A stretch of DNA of 42,481 bases from Conidiobolus incongruus B7586 (Eukaryota), in NCBI GenBank assembly GCA_000697335.1, contig JNEM01013840.1:1-42481 (forward strand), written 5' to 3'. Every line of letters begins with the position of its first letter. Positions within the stretch are counted from its first letter, which is position 1. The position numbers were made by a program, and so were the translations under genes. This document shows, in pieces, positions 13,098 through 27,678 of this stretch. The notes beneath the pieces are model-generated. The model was given only the letters and a program-made list of their open reading frames with translations. It had not been told where the DNA came from and searched no databases.

Positions 13098-15270
13098 GAA
13101 ATATATTGAATTTAAAAACCAATCCGATTGCTATGGATTAAAGTTTTTAAATAGATTGGATTAAATATGTTTGTTTATGAGTTAACCATGGATGAAGATA
13201 CCCTTTTATACTATTCTTATTGAATTCACACACCAATTAATTTCATCAGATCCTTATATGGGTCTATAAAATGGATTTTTTCGGCACGTGATTGCATCAG
13301 CTATTATTTTCGGGATAAATTGGGGGCATTGCGTTGATTTATTTCATTTTCAACCTTTGTATTACCCAAAATTCAGGCAATACTTTGTCATATTTGCTTA
13401 GCCACTTAAGCAAGCATCAATATCACTATTTACTCCTAAACTCTAACATAATTAAATTCTGGATTTTTTGGATACATTAGATCTCAGTATTGGAGAATCA
13501 TTTAAGAATATATAATTAAAAGAGTATAATCAAGATAAAAAGATCAGTCACACTACCATCATATTATTTATCATCCACATTACATCAAAGCTTTCCATAT
13601 AATAAATTATTAATCAAGTGATGTCTTCAAAATAATTGATAAAGTATTTACTTTCAAATAATGTATGAGACTTGTTTTAATCAATCATTCATTATAAATA
13701 AATGAATATCCTTGTCTGATATAGAGTATGGTGATCAATACATCACCAAACATCAATTCAATACAATTACATATAGTATAAATTGTAAATAACTTTGAAA
13801 TGTTATTTTGAATATAATTGAAAGACTTACTCATATGATCAAGGTGTCAATCAAAATGTTTAATTAAACAATTGAAAAGAGCACCCGTAGTAATCCGACT
13901 CCATTCAGAAGGATCAGTGTGACCATTTTAGCAATTAAATCATTACAACATCCTCATCACATGAATTTATAATTCAAAGTCTTAAATCCAATCATCGCAA
14001 GAACATAAAACTATTCAATTAACCAAACTATCTCTTTCATTTCTGTAATATTAATATACTTCATATGTCAGCATGAATTGAATATTAAATATAATATTAA
14101 ATTAATAATATAATTTTAAAATTTCATCAATCAGATTTATATTAATCCAAGAAATATATTGTACCAATTGTAAATTCTAAAATATCATTTAATTCAATAT
14201 TAACTTTAATTTAAAAAACAATAGGCATTTATCTTGTAATAATAATATAAATAAAAATATATATACTCATATAAATGAAAATAATTTATCAATATGATTA
14301 TAATATTATATAATTTAAATTATAGTTAATGGACCATCAAACTAATCAATTAAATAAACTTGAAATATTTCAATGGATATAATATACTAAATTTTTGAAT
14401 AACTAGTCCTTATTAAGCTTCCACTTTATTTAGATACCAGATCATAGTTTCATTAAAAATACTTGGTCATTAATAACAATTTATATTATTAATAATAATA
14501 ATTTAACTATTTATTCTAGAGCGAATAATTTCTATTAAGACTAAAATTTATTTTTAAATATTTAGCAAATCACAATTATAATCATATTTTAATAACTAAA
14601 CAATAATTGACAAGTAATTAATATTTAAATTATTATTATTTATTATAAAATTTATAAAGTATTTGTTAATAAATTAATCAAAGAATATATCATTACTTTT
14701 CTCTTCTGAAAATTATAATAATAATAAAATGATTGGAAGTTCTATTTTTTTCATTATTATATAGTCAAGAATTTAAAATAATAAATAAAAAAATTATAGT
14801 ATATTTCAGAGTGTCGTAGAATATATCTCACATCAATGAAGATTCAAGTATCTAATAATTTTGTACAATGTTTTAAAATCGCATTTTATGAAATATGATA
14901 AAAATTCAAGCTATATATGTTGAGATACATATTTATTAGAATAGCGCTTATAGAGAGTTGATTAATTAGTCGAGATTATAAACATTATAGATATTTATAA
15001 ACAGAAAATATAAAAATTCGTTTCATTTTTATTTTATGTGATACACAAATTTAGCAAATATTATCTAACTTGAATCAGTTTTTTATAGTAAATTTAGAAA
15101 TCTCATAAACTATTTTCCTGTGTAATTGAAATTTTATATAGGTTTCTGAAATTCGTTATAATGTAATATTTATTATACTTGTAGATTTAATAAAAATGGT
15201 GATTAAACAACTTGAATAAGATTCTGCAATTGACTGAATTGAATAAGCAATAAAAACTAATGTCTTTGAA

Positions 15271-16004
15271 CTATTGTAATAATTTTCGATAGTCCATTCG
15301 TAAAAGTAATGGTCCAATGATCAATACTAATAAACCAATCAATAAACCACCATGATTGACATGCATTAGTCCCCAATGAGTGTATAATCCAAATATAATA
15401 TTTGTACCAATTAGTATAATAGTTAAATAACCACCGATACGATGATGATGGTAGAACCCTTTGGCCCTAGTTCTTCCTCCAAATATCGAAGGGAAAAACA
15501 CCATCATTATCCCTGCAAGTGCGACGATGATGGCAAGAGTAGCAATGGTTAAGCCTATCTTTCCATGAGCAATTTGAAAGTGGGTGAAACCATTGTACAA
15601 TTTTAGAGAAACGATGATGGTTAGAGCAGCAACAAAAGAAACTAAACTCAAACTATTCAATTTAATATGTGATTCCAATCCTTTAGTCCTTTGGTTGGAC
15701 AATTCGGTATGCTGGGTTTTAAGAATACCTAGTTCAGTAATTAACATTAATTCAATTCAAACATTAGAAATAATTATAAATCACCTTGACATAAGAAATA
15801 AAAGCCTAAGATATTGAAAGTAGGATGCCAAAGGAAGAAAGTATAAGGACTAGACCAGATATCATAGAGGAAAAGTATTACGAACAAGTGCAAAGCAATT
15901 TCGGAAGTATACCAAGCAAAAATTGGATTGATAAATGGCTGATAGGTTCTTGAATCCAATACAGGAGCTCCCTCTTGACTAGTAGTGATACTTGTATAGC
16001 TCAT
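15271..16004 (-). CDS. Eukaryotic cytochrome b561 family membrane protein
   Basis: Exons 16004-15785 and 15728-15271. WHPT, SHIKLN, AHGKIG and HHRIGG provide the four heme-ligating His residues in multiple TM segments. Confidence 0.85.
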
Positions 16005-16965
16005 TTTGTGAAGAATACAATACTTTGAGAGAAATTTGAGAAAGTAGATTTTTATACAAGTCAATGATTGTAAATGACAAATGAATTAGGTAATCAATCT
16101 ATAGTTTAGACTAGTAATTGATAATTTTTTAAACATGATCTTATATTCAGATCAATCATTCATCACTTTCAATAAGAGATAAACTTAAAGATTATAGATT
16201 ATAAGTATATTAAATCCAATCATTTTATAACCCCAATATTTTATCATATTTTGAAATTATTGATTAATACGAATAATACAAATGAACTTGTTGGAATGGA
16301 GAGGTATTTGGTCAATCAAGTATCTATAGAAATTAATAAGTAATTAGATAGGACTTTCTAAATAATTTTGACAACTATTTCTATAGTATCGAAAATAATT
16401 TTTATTATATATTGATAAAATTAACAATTTCATTATTTTGAATATAATAAACAATCCTATTGTAATATATTATATTTTAAAAAAGGTGAATCTTAAATAA
16501 TTTTGATGAATTGCCACTGTGTGTTTAAAAAAGGACTCATGCAGCCCGTTCTTGGTCAATATTTATTACACAAGCTCATTCAAGTTCAATAAATACTTTA
16601 TTTAATCGTAAATATTTTTCTTCATTTAAGTGATTGATATCACTATAGTAATTATTAACATATCAGTATTTCATCACTATCAAGTTTTTTAAAAATTTCT
16701 CTAAAATATTTCAAAATACAGTATCAAACTTAATAATTATTTATCAATAAATAATTTTTAACAAGTATATAATTCATCTTGTAATTCACTTTCTAAATAT
16801 AAAAAACAAGAACCATAAACTAATTATAAGATAGTGAAATACTATCAATAGTGAAATGTTATATAAAGAATTACAAATTTTGTGAATAATGCTTTGATTT
16901 TACATATATCACCAAAATAAAATAAATTATAGTATATATGTAATTTATAAACAAGTTACTATTTA

Positions 16966-17685
16966 TTATTTGAGTTTTCTGATATCAAGCTTAAGAATGA
17001 ATGAAATTAATAATTCTTCAATGCTAGCAATTATAGCCTAATGAAGATTAGCATTAATAAGATCCCAATAGAGAATATTCATAAGCATACTTTAATACAT
17101 ATGAAAATAATAATTCAATACCCTAACATCTGATATGAACTATATACGTGTTTCATCTATGTTCTCCCTCCCGAGACAGCCGAAAGGTAGAGTGATATAG
17201 TACCAGCAGATGCTGCAATAAAAATGAAAATTATAATGGATAGCCCTAGCTAACCCTGAGAATTGGTTAACCACTCCAAATTTATTCTTGTTGGTTTCAG
17301 TGGTTATGAACGCTATAATCATATCATCTGTTCCTGTGGCATTGCAGATAAAATCAATTTTTGCTCTTCTGATACGATTGGGAATACTCTCAATTGCTTG
17401 AATTTTAATATACTCAGTTTTTAATATAGCTCAGAATACACTAGAGTTAATGATAATATTTGTAATTACTCTGGATATAAAAATATAAACCGAAAATTAC
17501 AAAGGTAGGATGTCAAAGGAAAAAAGCAGATGGTTTAGTCTATGAGTTGATTAAACCATCAATAACCAAGTAGCAAATAAGTAATTGAGTCAAAAAATGA
17601 AATATATTGAATTTTCCAATTGGTTTGTATGTTCTAATAAAAAAGACCTGAATCTTTTCTGCGCCCACGTTGATACTATACTCAT
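16966..17685 (-). pseudogene. Degenerate tandem paralog of the cytochrome b561 gene
   Basis: FFL*HPTFVIFGLYFYIQ vs FFLWHPTFNILGFYFLCQ with a donor at the same position; SQG*LGL..SGGRT*MK..LGY* vs AHGKIGL..FGGRTRAK..GGYL; ends LKLDIRKLK* vs LRMDYRKLLQ*. Confidence 0.85.
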
Positions 17686-18684
17686 CCTAAAGGAAATTGG
17701 TTGAGTTTCACAATTTTCTATTGCTAAAAAATATTACTCTAATAAAGAGAGTTTAGCTTTATTAATATCTTTAGAAAATTCAACAATCAATATTTTTGTT
17801 GTATGCCTTAAATTTCTTTATTGTGAATAATTTAATTAGTTTAATTTGAAGTAAAATAAGTTATAAAAATAATAATTTTGATTTCGAGTTTCGTTATTTG
17901 TCTAAAAGATTTAAATATATGCCCAAAACTATACAATTGTAATTTTATCACAAGTTGGTTCTCAAGCTTAATAATGAGCATTAACTAGCCAATCATTATC
18001 TTTAAATATAATCTATACAAATAAATGCATACTTTGTATATAAAATAGATTCTATTAAACAGTCCAATATGATATTAACAGATATTGCGCGATATACGGA
18101 ATAAGTCTTCTAATCCAAATAACACCAATATAATTTCCTTACAAAATAATTAATTTCATCAAAAATAATGGTTTTTGTTAAAATATGAATTAAATAATCA
18201 TTAAAAAATTCTATTTCCTCATATAAATCTAATATAAACTAAAAATACCATATTTTGTATATCCAATCTATAGAAATTCAGAATTTTTATATGATGTATT
18301 TTATATTCAACTAATAAAACAACTGCTAATAAACAGTTTAAAAATTACACAAAACGATATAAATAATTAGCTTTGACTTTGGTTTAGATATATTGAATAG
18401 TTACAATAGTTTCTAATCTTAAAATCACTTTATAATTCAAAGACATTTTATAATTTGGTTAAGATGTTTTAACAAAATATAATTAATACTTAAATTTATT
18501 TCACTCTACTTCTTTAATAACTTTAAAATTCTTCACCATAATACTAGTTGCAACCAATTATCCTTATAATTTAAATTTAAGTAATATATTTTTATTGTAA
18601 TATTCAAGAAACTGAAATATATTGAGTTGCCAAACTTTGATAACATTGATGTGATTTACAATGCGATAAATAACTCAAGATCCT

Positions 18685-18702
18685 TATATATATATATATA
18701 TA
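18685..18702. repeat. (TA)n microsatellite
   Basis: TA dinucleotide run. Confidence 0.9.
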
Positions 18703-19391
18703 CATATATATTATATTGGTAATTTTAACAATAATCATTTCAAACTATAAAATTGAACATAATTTTGAGTTTTATTATTACAGAAAAAGATAAAAATACT
18801 GAAATTTAAAATCACATTTGGGGTATAGTTGATAATTTTTTTATAAATTCCATATTTATATCATAAATAGAGCATCTTGCTTAACTTTGTATACTGTCTT
18901 TTCATACTACACTGGTTTAAGGTTATAAATAATATAATGACAATTTTAAAATCGGTTGTATTGCTTGTGAATATGAATCAAATTTTTTTGATAAAGTACT
19001 TTATGTAGCAAACATAAATCGTTGCAATCAATAACTCTCTGAATCTTTATTGCTTTTTTTATTTTCCAGCATTATATTTAAATATAATTTTCTTAAATTG
19101 ACCATATTAATCAAGAAATCAATGTTAACAAAATAATATAATGTATAGGATTATTAGATAATGAAACAATAAGATTATCAATGATAAGATAGATTTTTAA
19201 ATCAATCATATCTATCCCATAATTTAATCATCTAGCAAATTTAAATAAATTTGATTAAACTCTATTATTCTTCGAAATAACACATCAAATATAAAAATAT
19301 AATATAATAACCTAGTCAAATAATTATCGAACTTAATCAATTAAAAATTAATTAAATAATATAATTCGATTATATTTTTCAAAGTTATGAT

Positions 19392-21323
19392 ATGAGATCA
19401 CCCCATGTATTTCAGCATTCAATACTTCCATTCTACAACATTTGTCGACAAAACCAGCCTCGAATAACAAGTAAAATCAAACATCAATTATACTGCTATG
19501 TACATTTCAACCTATATCAACTATTTTCTTACAGGACCTGTACTGCCATTCCTTCTCCCGAATATACCTCATCTGATGCATCATCAATTCAAAATTCATC
19601 CAGATCTACCTCTTCAGCTAATCATACAGAACAACATAAGCTCACGATACAGTCTCAAAAATTGAATTCATATCATCACGTAAGTAAAAATCTGCTAAGG
19701 GCAACCGATCTTGATGAAATAGTCAAACTTTATCTCACTTGGAAAAGCTCAGGCGAATATCTAAGAGTAGTAGAGCACTATATTGAATCAAGGAAACTTG
19801 GTATCGTCCCCTATGAAGAGCAGTCATCGTCAAAACCTTTCATGCTAATGATGAACTTAGTACTCCAATGCGGATGGCTATCTGAGCAACGTGAATGGAG
19901 CTGGAATTTATTTTTGAACTTATTTAATACATCAAAAATTGATCCAGATCTGGTAACTATCAGTATTATGGCTAAAGGCTTATTCGAATCAAAATTGTAT
20001 TCAGAATTGGACCATCTTCTCATTCATCTGAATTCCACTTTTCATCTTCAGCCCAACCTCGTATTACATTCTTATCACATTAGAAGTTTACTTCTAAGGG
20101 GCGGAAAGCATTTTTATTTAGGAATGCAGAAGTTGGATAACATATTGAATAGTCAAAATGACCAAATGCTAACTGTCAAATTCATAGGCACCATGCAGAA
20201 GCTCATGCTCAAGTTTAATCGGTTCAAAGAAGCATTTGCATTGCTAGAAATGGCTAGTCGGAAAGGATTGCAACCAATAACACCACTCGTTAATCACATT
20301 TTGTTGTATGCATTTACCTCAAGTAAACCTGATTGGGCGCTGAGTATATATAACCATTATTTTGGTAATTATTCAACTCCTGATGAAATTTCATTAACAA
20401 CGATGGCATATGGCTTATTTAAATTAAAAAGATATAAAGAAAGCTCTGAATTCCTTAAACATATGCAAAAATTAGGGATGACTGATGAACAATCTTGTGA
20501 AAAGCTATTTAATCATTTATCTTATCAACTAATACTTCATCCACCTGCCTCTGAACTTCATAATGCTGCATCGGATATGTTGAATTATATAATGAAGCAT
20601 TTCCAATATCCTCAAAATTCCCAAACGATTAATATGTATAATCTTTTCTACCAAGAGTTAATCATACGCTGCAGTAAATTAGATTTAGCAAAAAATACAT
20701 ATAATCTAAGGTTGGATAGGTTGCAACCTCATGTCATTGACAAACTACCTCAAATGTTCAATGAATTGCAAGATGATTTACCTGAATTACCTCGAGTATA
20801 TAGTTGTATATTCATGCTCTTTTCAAAGTATGGCACATTGAATCAATGCATCGAGCTATTCAATCTGATAAAGGACCAAAAATCACTGATTACCCCTTAT
20901 TTGCTATCATGTTTACTGTCCCGTGCTTTTAATGAAAAGTATTACACGTTCATTGACCAGCTCATACCGTTTATCACTTCACTAAACTCACCCCTCTACC
21001 ATGTGATTATCTGTGGCTATAAGAACATCAATAAACCACAATACGTCTACCAGTACTTCTACCAGATGATAGATGAAGGCTACTTACCTACTTTTTCCAT
21101 CGTTCGAGCGGTCATAGTGATGCTATTAAGGGAAGGCCGAATTAGTGATGTAAATAAGTTAGTTAAGCGATTACATAAACTCTATACAACATCATGGTTC
21201 AATGTCCCTGAATATGAACCAAAATATCCATTTAATCAAGATGAATGGACTCAAATTAAAAAATATCTCGACTCTTTAAAAAGACGAGGTATTGAAATTG
21301 ATGGAAAAAATTATTTAATTTAA
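19392..21323 (+). CDS. Pentatricopeptide-repeat (PPR)-like protein, probably mitochondrial
   Basis: 643-aa intronless ORF with PPR-like motifs: PDLVTISIMAKGLF, PDEISLTTMAYGLFKLKRYKESSEFLKHM, LYHVIICGYKNINKPQYVYQYFYQMIDEGYLPT. Basic N-terminus. Confidence 0.75.
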   Translation: MRSPHVFQHSILPFYNICRQNQPRITSKIKHQLYCYVHFNLYQLFSYRTCTAIPSPEYTSSDASSIQNSSRSTSSANHTEQHKLTIQSQKLNSYHHVSKNLLRATDLDEIVKLYLTWKSSGEYLRVVEHYIESRKLGIVPYEEQSSSKPFMLMMNLVLQCGWLSEQREWSWNLFLNLFNTSKIDPDLVTISIMAKGLFESKLYSELDHLLIHLNSTFHLQPNLVLHSYHIRSLLLRGGKHFYLGMQKLDNILNSQNDQMLTVKFIGTMQKLMLKFNRFKEAFALLEMASRKGLQPITPLVNHILLYAFTSSKPDWALSIYNHYFGNYSTPDEISLTTMAYGLFKLKRYKESSEFLKHMQKLGMTDEQSCEKLFNHLSYQLILHPPASELHNAASDMLNYIMKHFQYPQNSQTINMYNLFYQELIIRCSKLDLAKNTYNLRLDRLQPHVIDKLPQMFNELQDDLPELPRVYSCIFMLFSKYGTLNQCIELFNLIKDQKSLITPYLLSCLLSRAFNEKYYTFIDQLIPFITSLNSPLYHVIICGYKNINKPQYVYQYFYQMIDEGYLPTFSIVRAVIVMLLREGRISDVNKLVKRLHKLYTTSWFNVPEYEPKYPFNQDEWTQIKKYLDSLKRRGIEIDGKNYLI

Positions 21324-21916
21324 AATAAAATAAATCAATTATTTAATTATTATAAAAGTATTTTCATTATATCATCAATTATTTTAACGCTTTTTGGAAC
21401 ATACTTATTCGAATTACTCAAGAATGAAGAGATTATTTCCTCAATCTAACTTATATTATTGAGCAAATTTTATTACTGAAAGAAGTCATTGCCACATTCG
21501 ATATATATCCGCAGTTGCATTTTCTTTATATTATATAATTGACTATTATAAACTTTATAGTACTAAAATATACTTATTATAACATTTGGGAATAATTCCA
21601 AATAAATATATAAAGTATGTGAGCACTCAATACCATTTAAATTAATAGATTAGAATGATTGAATGTTAATAATTTAATTTAAAAACATACTTAAAATTAT
21701 ATTACATAATTCAATTTTATTTTATAAAAAAATTTTTAAATTAATAATAAAATTAATAATTTTTTTTATTATTTCTTTTTATTATAATTTATTTTTTTAT
21801 ATATACATTAAATCATTATTTTAATTATTTTCTTTTTAAAATTTAATAATTAAACTAAATAAAACTAAGTAACAAAATTTGTATTTATTTTATTTTTATA
21901 TTTATTAAAATATTAG

Positions 21917-23223
<1,307 letters not shown>

Positions 23224-26200
23224 CTGCATTCAATATATCGCATTTTTAATTCTATATCTTGAATATATTATCTAATCTAACCTGATAATTTAAAATTATA
23301 ATTATTTACTTATTAACGTCCTTAACAATTGCAAGAATATAAATACATAAATATAAATTTTATTTTCTCATATTTAGTAATTTAACGAGAACAATGTATA
23401 ATTTTCATGATTTTGGTATCTCAATAATTATCATTCTTATTGAAGACACCCCTTTATCTGAATTGATTAATAATATATATATCAATGTATAAATAGTATG
23501 ATTCTAATATTTATCAATATAATTGTATTTATATCATTTGCTATTTTAATATACTATGTATCTTTATTCAATTGTTTATAGTTGTAAGCTAAAATTTATC
23601 ATTAATTAATAAATTACATAATTTAAAATAAATTGCAAAAAAGAAATATAATTTAATAAAAGTCATACCAAGAATGAATAAATTATAATTCATTTAAAAT
23701 GACACGTCAATATATACATTGCAAGGTCAATTGAAAAAAGCCAATAAGATGAATTATATATCATTATTACTTTAACCTTAAACAAAATGTTTTTAGAATG
23801 TAGTTAATATATATTCAGATATGTGAAAGATATAAATTTTTAATATTATGAATCACAACATTAAAAATTAAATTAAACTATGCAATAGAAATAATTTATT
23901 AAAAGTATATAAATATTAGTTCAATTGCGATATATAAATATAAATATATATGATTATATAGTATAAAATCTGTAATAATAACTTGATTAGTATTTCTAGT
24001 ATCTTTAAAAAATTAATACTTTGGAAATTAATATCATATTGAAAAAAAACATAAAAATAATATATAAAATACCCACAAAATTCTGTAATTTAGTGGTATT
24101 AATTTAAAATTTCACGTGGTGTAAATAGTTTTAAAATTAATTAATTGCTAATAGAATTTGGATTTATAAGAAATGAATAAAGTTCAAGTAGAAAAAATAA
24201 AACATGTATAATATATTATTATATTATTGAAATAGGTTTTATAATTTCAAAATTTCCAGATTTCCAATATAGAAAATTCGTAAAATATTGCGATTTTAAG
24301 TTACCAATTTGGGATCAGTAATTCTTATTGATCATTTTATAAATTATAAAATGTATTTATAATAGTGTATTTTCCTAATTTGGGTTTGTATAGTCGAAAA
24401 TATGAATGTTGTAAATATAATTATGATAAATAAAATTTTAAAAATCGCGGTAACTTATCAACTGAAATAGACTATAATACTAATAATAATTAAATTAGTA
24501 GATCAAATCCTACCAATCAATGATTTATAACATATAATCACCAATTCTTCTCGATCCAATTTATCAATGATAAAATTTGTTTAAATTTTCAAAATCAATT
24601 TGATCAATGAGAGAAATAGTATTCAACAATATATTTAATACTATACACTTTATCACTAAATTATTATCAAAATATTATAATAATTACTGTAATTAAAGCA
24701 ATCAATATTAGAGTTTATTATGTTTATGAAAATCTAAGACTATATATTCAAGATATATTTTCTAATACTCTGCTAAAATTCAACAAGTTTATATTCTTAT
24801 GATAATTAAGATTTAGGACCTTGGTTAATATGACTCTGGTTTTAATCTTTAGAGAAATATTTCAAAAAAATATCATAATCAAAGGAATATATATAAAATG
24901 AATATTAAATTAAATTTGAAATTATAGTTATTGATATTTAATTGGAATTAATAAAATTTTCAGCTAGTTCAGTATTACAATTACATGCAATTTATCTTGG
25001 TAACTCTTTATATTTATTAATCAAGTTATGCATCTAATACATTCCAACTTCAAAATTGATCATCATATGTGATTTGCTTTTGAAAAATTCGTGCTGAATC
25101 ATTTATTTATAATTAAATAAATTTAGCTAAATAAATTACCATCAATTTCAAATATTCTATGAAAATATAGATATAATTGAATATTATATTATTTAAATGA
25201 TTAGTTTGATTCAATATCCAATTCTCAATAAAAAAGTATAGTGTTTCCTTGGACTAAAGTATAATTATTATATTTAATTTGATTATTATATTTGAATGTT
25301 CATTTAAATTCTCCGGAATAGAAAATATCAAGGATATAAATTAACTATGACTTAATATTTTCATCAGAGAAAAAAAATGATAAATGAATTTAATGACATA
25401 AATAATAGATCATTCAAGTTAGATAAATTAGATTTGACTTTAATTTTTTAAATCAGTGTGAAATCATTAGCTTTATGATTCAATTAATTCAAATATATAA
25501 AATTCTCAGAAATATATTGATTATATGAATGATAAAGATACTTAATGTAGTTAATTATAGATTTCCTTGGCTAACATAGGTATTGTATGTGGTACATTTG
25601 GATTAAATTTCCATTGTAAACACGGATTTTGGAAAATTGATTTATCCTATGCAGGAGACAAGATAGTAATGTTACATTATAGCGTTAATAGCCTTCATCA
25701 ATCTATTTGCCAATGTTGCCGCATATTTCCATCCATAATCACTCATATCAAATAAACAATAACAGTTCCAATATTTTCAATATTATTTACAATATTGATT
25801 AGATTTTAATTCACATTAGCTATTAATTTGCACCTTTCCTTTTCAATAGCTAATAAATTCCTTGTATATTAAAATGATTTGTACATCAAGCATTTGAATA
25901 AGATATATATTTCAATTTAATCTTATAAGCCTAACATATTGGTTATTTCTCACTAATTCTCTCCGTTTTGTACATCTTGACTAATGCAGTATATCTACAT
26001 TTTCTTATAATATAATTAACTTGAATTTATTGTTTTTATATAGATTCAACGTGAATTCAACCGCTGATATGACTTGTGAAACATTAAAAAGTTCAAGATA
26101 ACTTAAAATTTAAGCCTAATATGTGTTACCATTAATTACACAAGCATTCATCTTACACAAAGCTGGTAAGCTATCCGTATTACTCTTCTTGTCCATTGTG

Positions 26201-26435
26201 TAATACAGTATAATCTATTTCTAACAAGTATTAGCTTCTAACCAACGCCTCCTATTCAAAATACTGCTCCTTTATATTAAATAAATACATTAACAACTCA
26301 AAAAATATAAGTTTGAATATGAAAGTAATCATTTTAACATGCAATATCTGGGATAGCCAGATTGATACTTGTTTATATGATATTTATTTTGAAATTAGGT
26401 TTTAAAATACAAATGAATATATTAACACATTAGTT

Positions 26436-26930
26436 TCACTGGTCAGCCATGGCAGCTGCTCCAATAGTACCTGCACAGCATACTTCGGCACACTGAATAA
26501 TACCACAGCAGGCCAAAGCGTAGCAAGGGAAACAGAGAGGATTTTCAAAACTGCCTCGGCAACACCAGTATGTTGCACATATACTAACTAAAATGAATAG
26601 AACGATGGCTATGGCAACGACAATCCAAAAGTATCCCTTGTCAACGAAAGCATTTCCTGCCCTGCGTGCAAGGATGATCTTGGGTGATGTCAGCGTATTA
26701 TACTCTTGAGATGGTAGATCACTCTCGAAACTGAATATCATCATCAAGGTGAACATGATTCCAAGGATTATTGATAGTAGTGATATGAAAAGAATAGCAG
26801 CTCTCTTGAAGACAGTATATTTGTGAGTGCAGCGATGCTCCTCCATCTGTCTGTAGGGAGGAGGTGGCAATATGACAGCATCAGCGTAGGATTCATAAGA
26901 CATAGATTTCTTCATATCTATTTTCTGCAT
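26436..26930 (-). CDS. Membrane protein with two TM segments, a PPxY motif and a Cys-rich C-terminus
   Basis: 164-aa ORF, GC-richer than flanks; LPPPPY; two hydrophobic stretches; tail WCCRGSFENPLCFPCYALACCGIIQCAEVCC. Confidence 0.8.
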   Translation of the reverse strand: MQKIDMKKSMSYESYADAVILPPPPYRQMEEHRCTHKYTVFKRAAILFISLLSIILGIMFTLMMIFSFESDLPSQEYNTLTSPKIILARRAGNAFVDKGYFWIVVAIAIVLFILVSICATYWCCRGSFENPLCFPCYALACCGIIQCAEVCCAGTIGAAAMADQ

Positions 26931-27636
26931 GATGAATTAATTAAAAATGATGAGTTGAATGTTTCGATTGATGAGAACTATTTATACTGTAAGACGAACC
27001 CCAAACTTTATGATGAAATCTCCTGTATAATTCTATTTGGGAACAGTGAGAACGATCCTCTAAATCTATTTCAAAAAATCCATTTTATTCAACACACCCT
27101 AACCCTTCATTGGATAATTTAATCCTCCAATTAGTGGGAATAAAAAGTGGCAACAAATTTAATGGTTCACAAAATTCTGGTCAATTTTTACTTCTGTTTT
27201 AATTGAATTTTAACAAAAATATTAATTTCCTATTAAAGTAAGTTATTAGTCTCCTTTCATCGCTAGCATTCTACCAAAGCGAGTCAATTTATGTCATAAA
27301 TACAAAACTCTAATTAATAATTAAATTATGTCGCCTATTAATGCAAAACAAAAGATTTTTCATTAAAGCAAATAGATTTAATTTTAAGGGGATTCGGTGA
27401 TCAATGTTGAGCTATAATTGGATAATTTTTATAACATAAATACTTATGATGTAAATTATAATAATTTAATAATAAACTTAAATTGATTAAAAATTAAACA
27501 TCTCCACTTTATAATATTTGGTATAGAATATTTAAGCTAAAAATTTAATCAAAAACAATGTTTGAAGTTTATATTAAATATTAAAATTAGTGCAATTTTA
27601 TTATTAGTCATATATAAAATAGTCAAGGATACTATT

Positions 27637-27641
<5 letters not shown>

Positions 27642-27673
<32 letters not shown>
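27642..27673. repeat. (TA)n microsatellite
   Basis: Perfect TA run. Confidence 0.95.

Positions 27674-27678
<5 letters not shown>

Noticed and set aside
16665..16843. Imperfect inverted repeat (AGTATTTCA..CTATC / GATAGTGAAATACT) as a MITE
   Set aside because: Short, gapped and AT-rich, with no clear TSD or second copy in the window.
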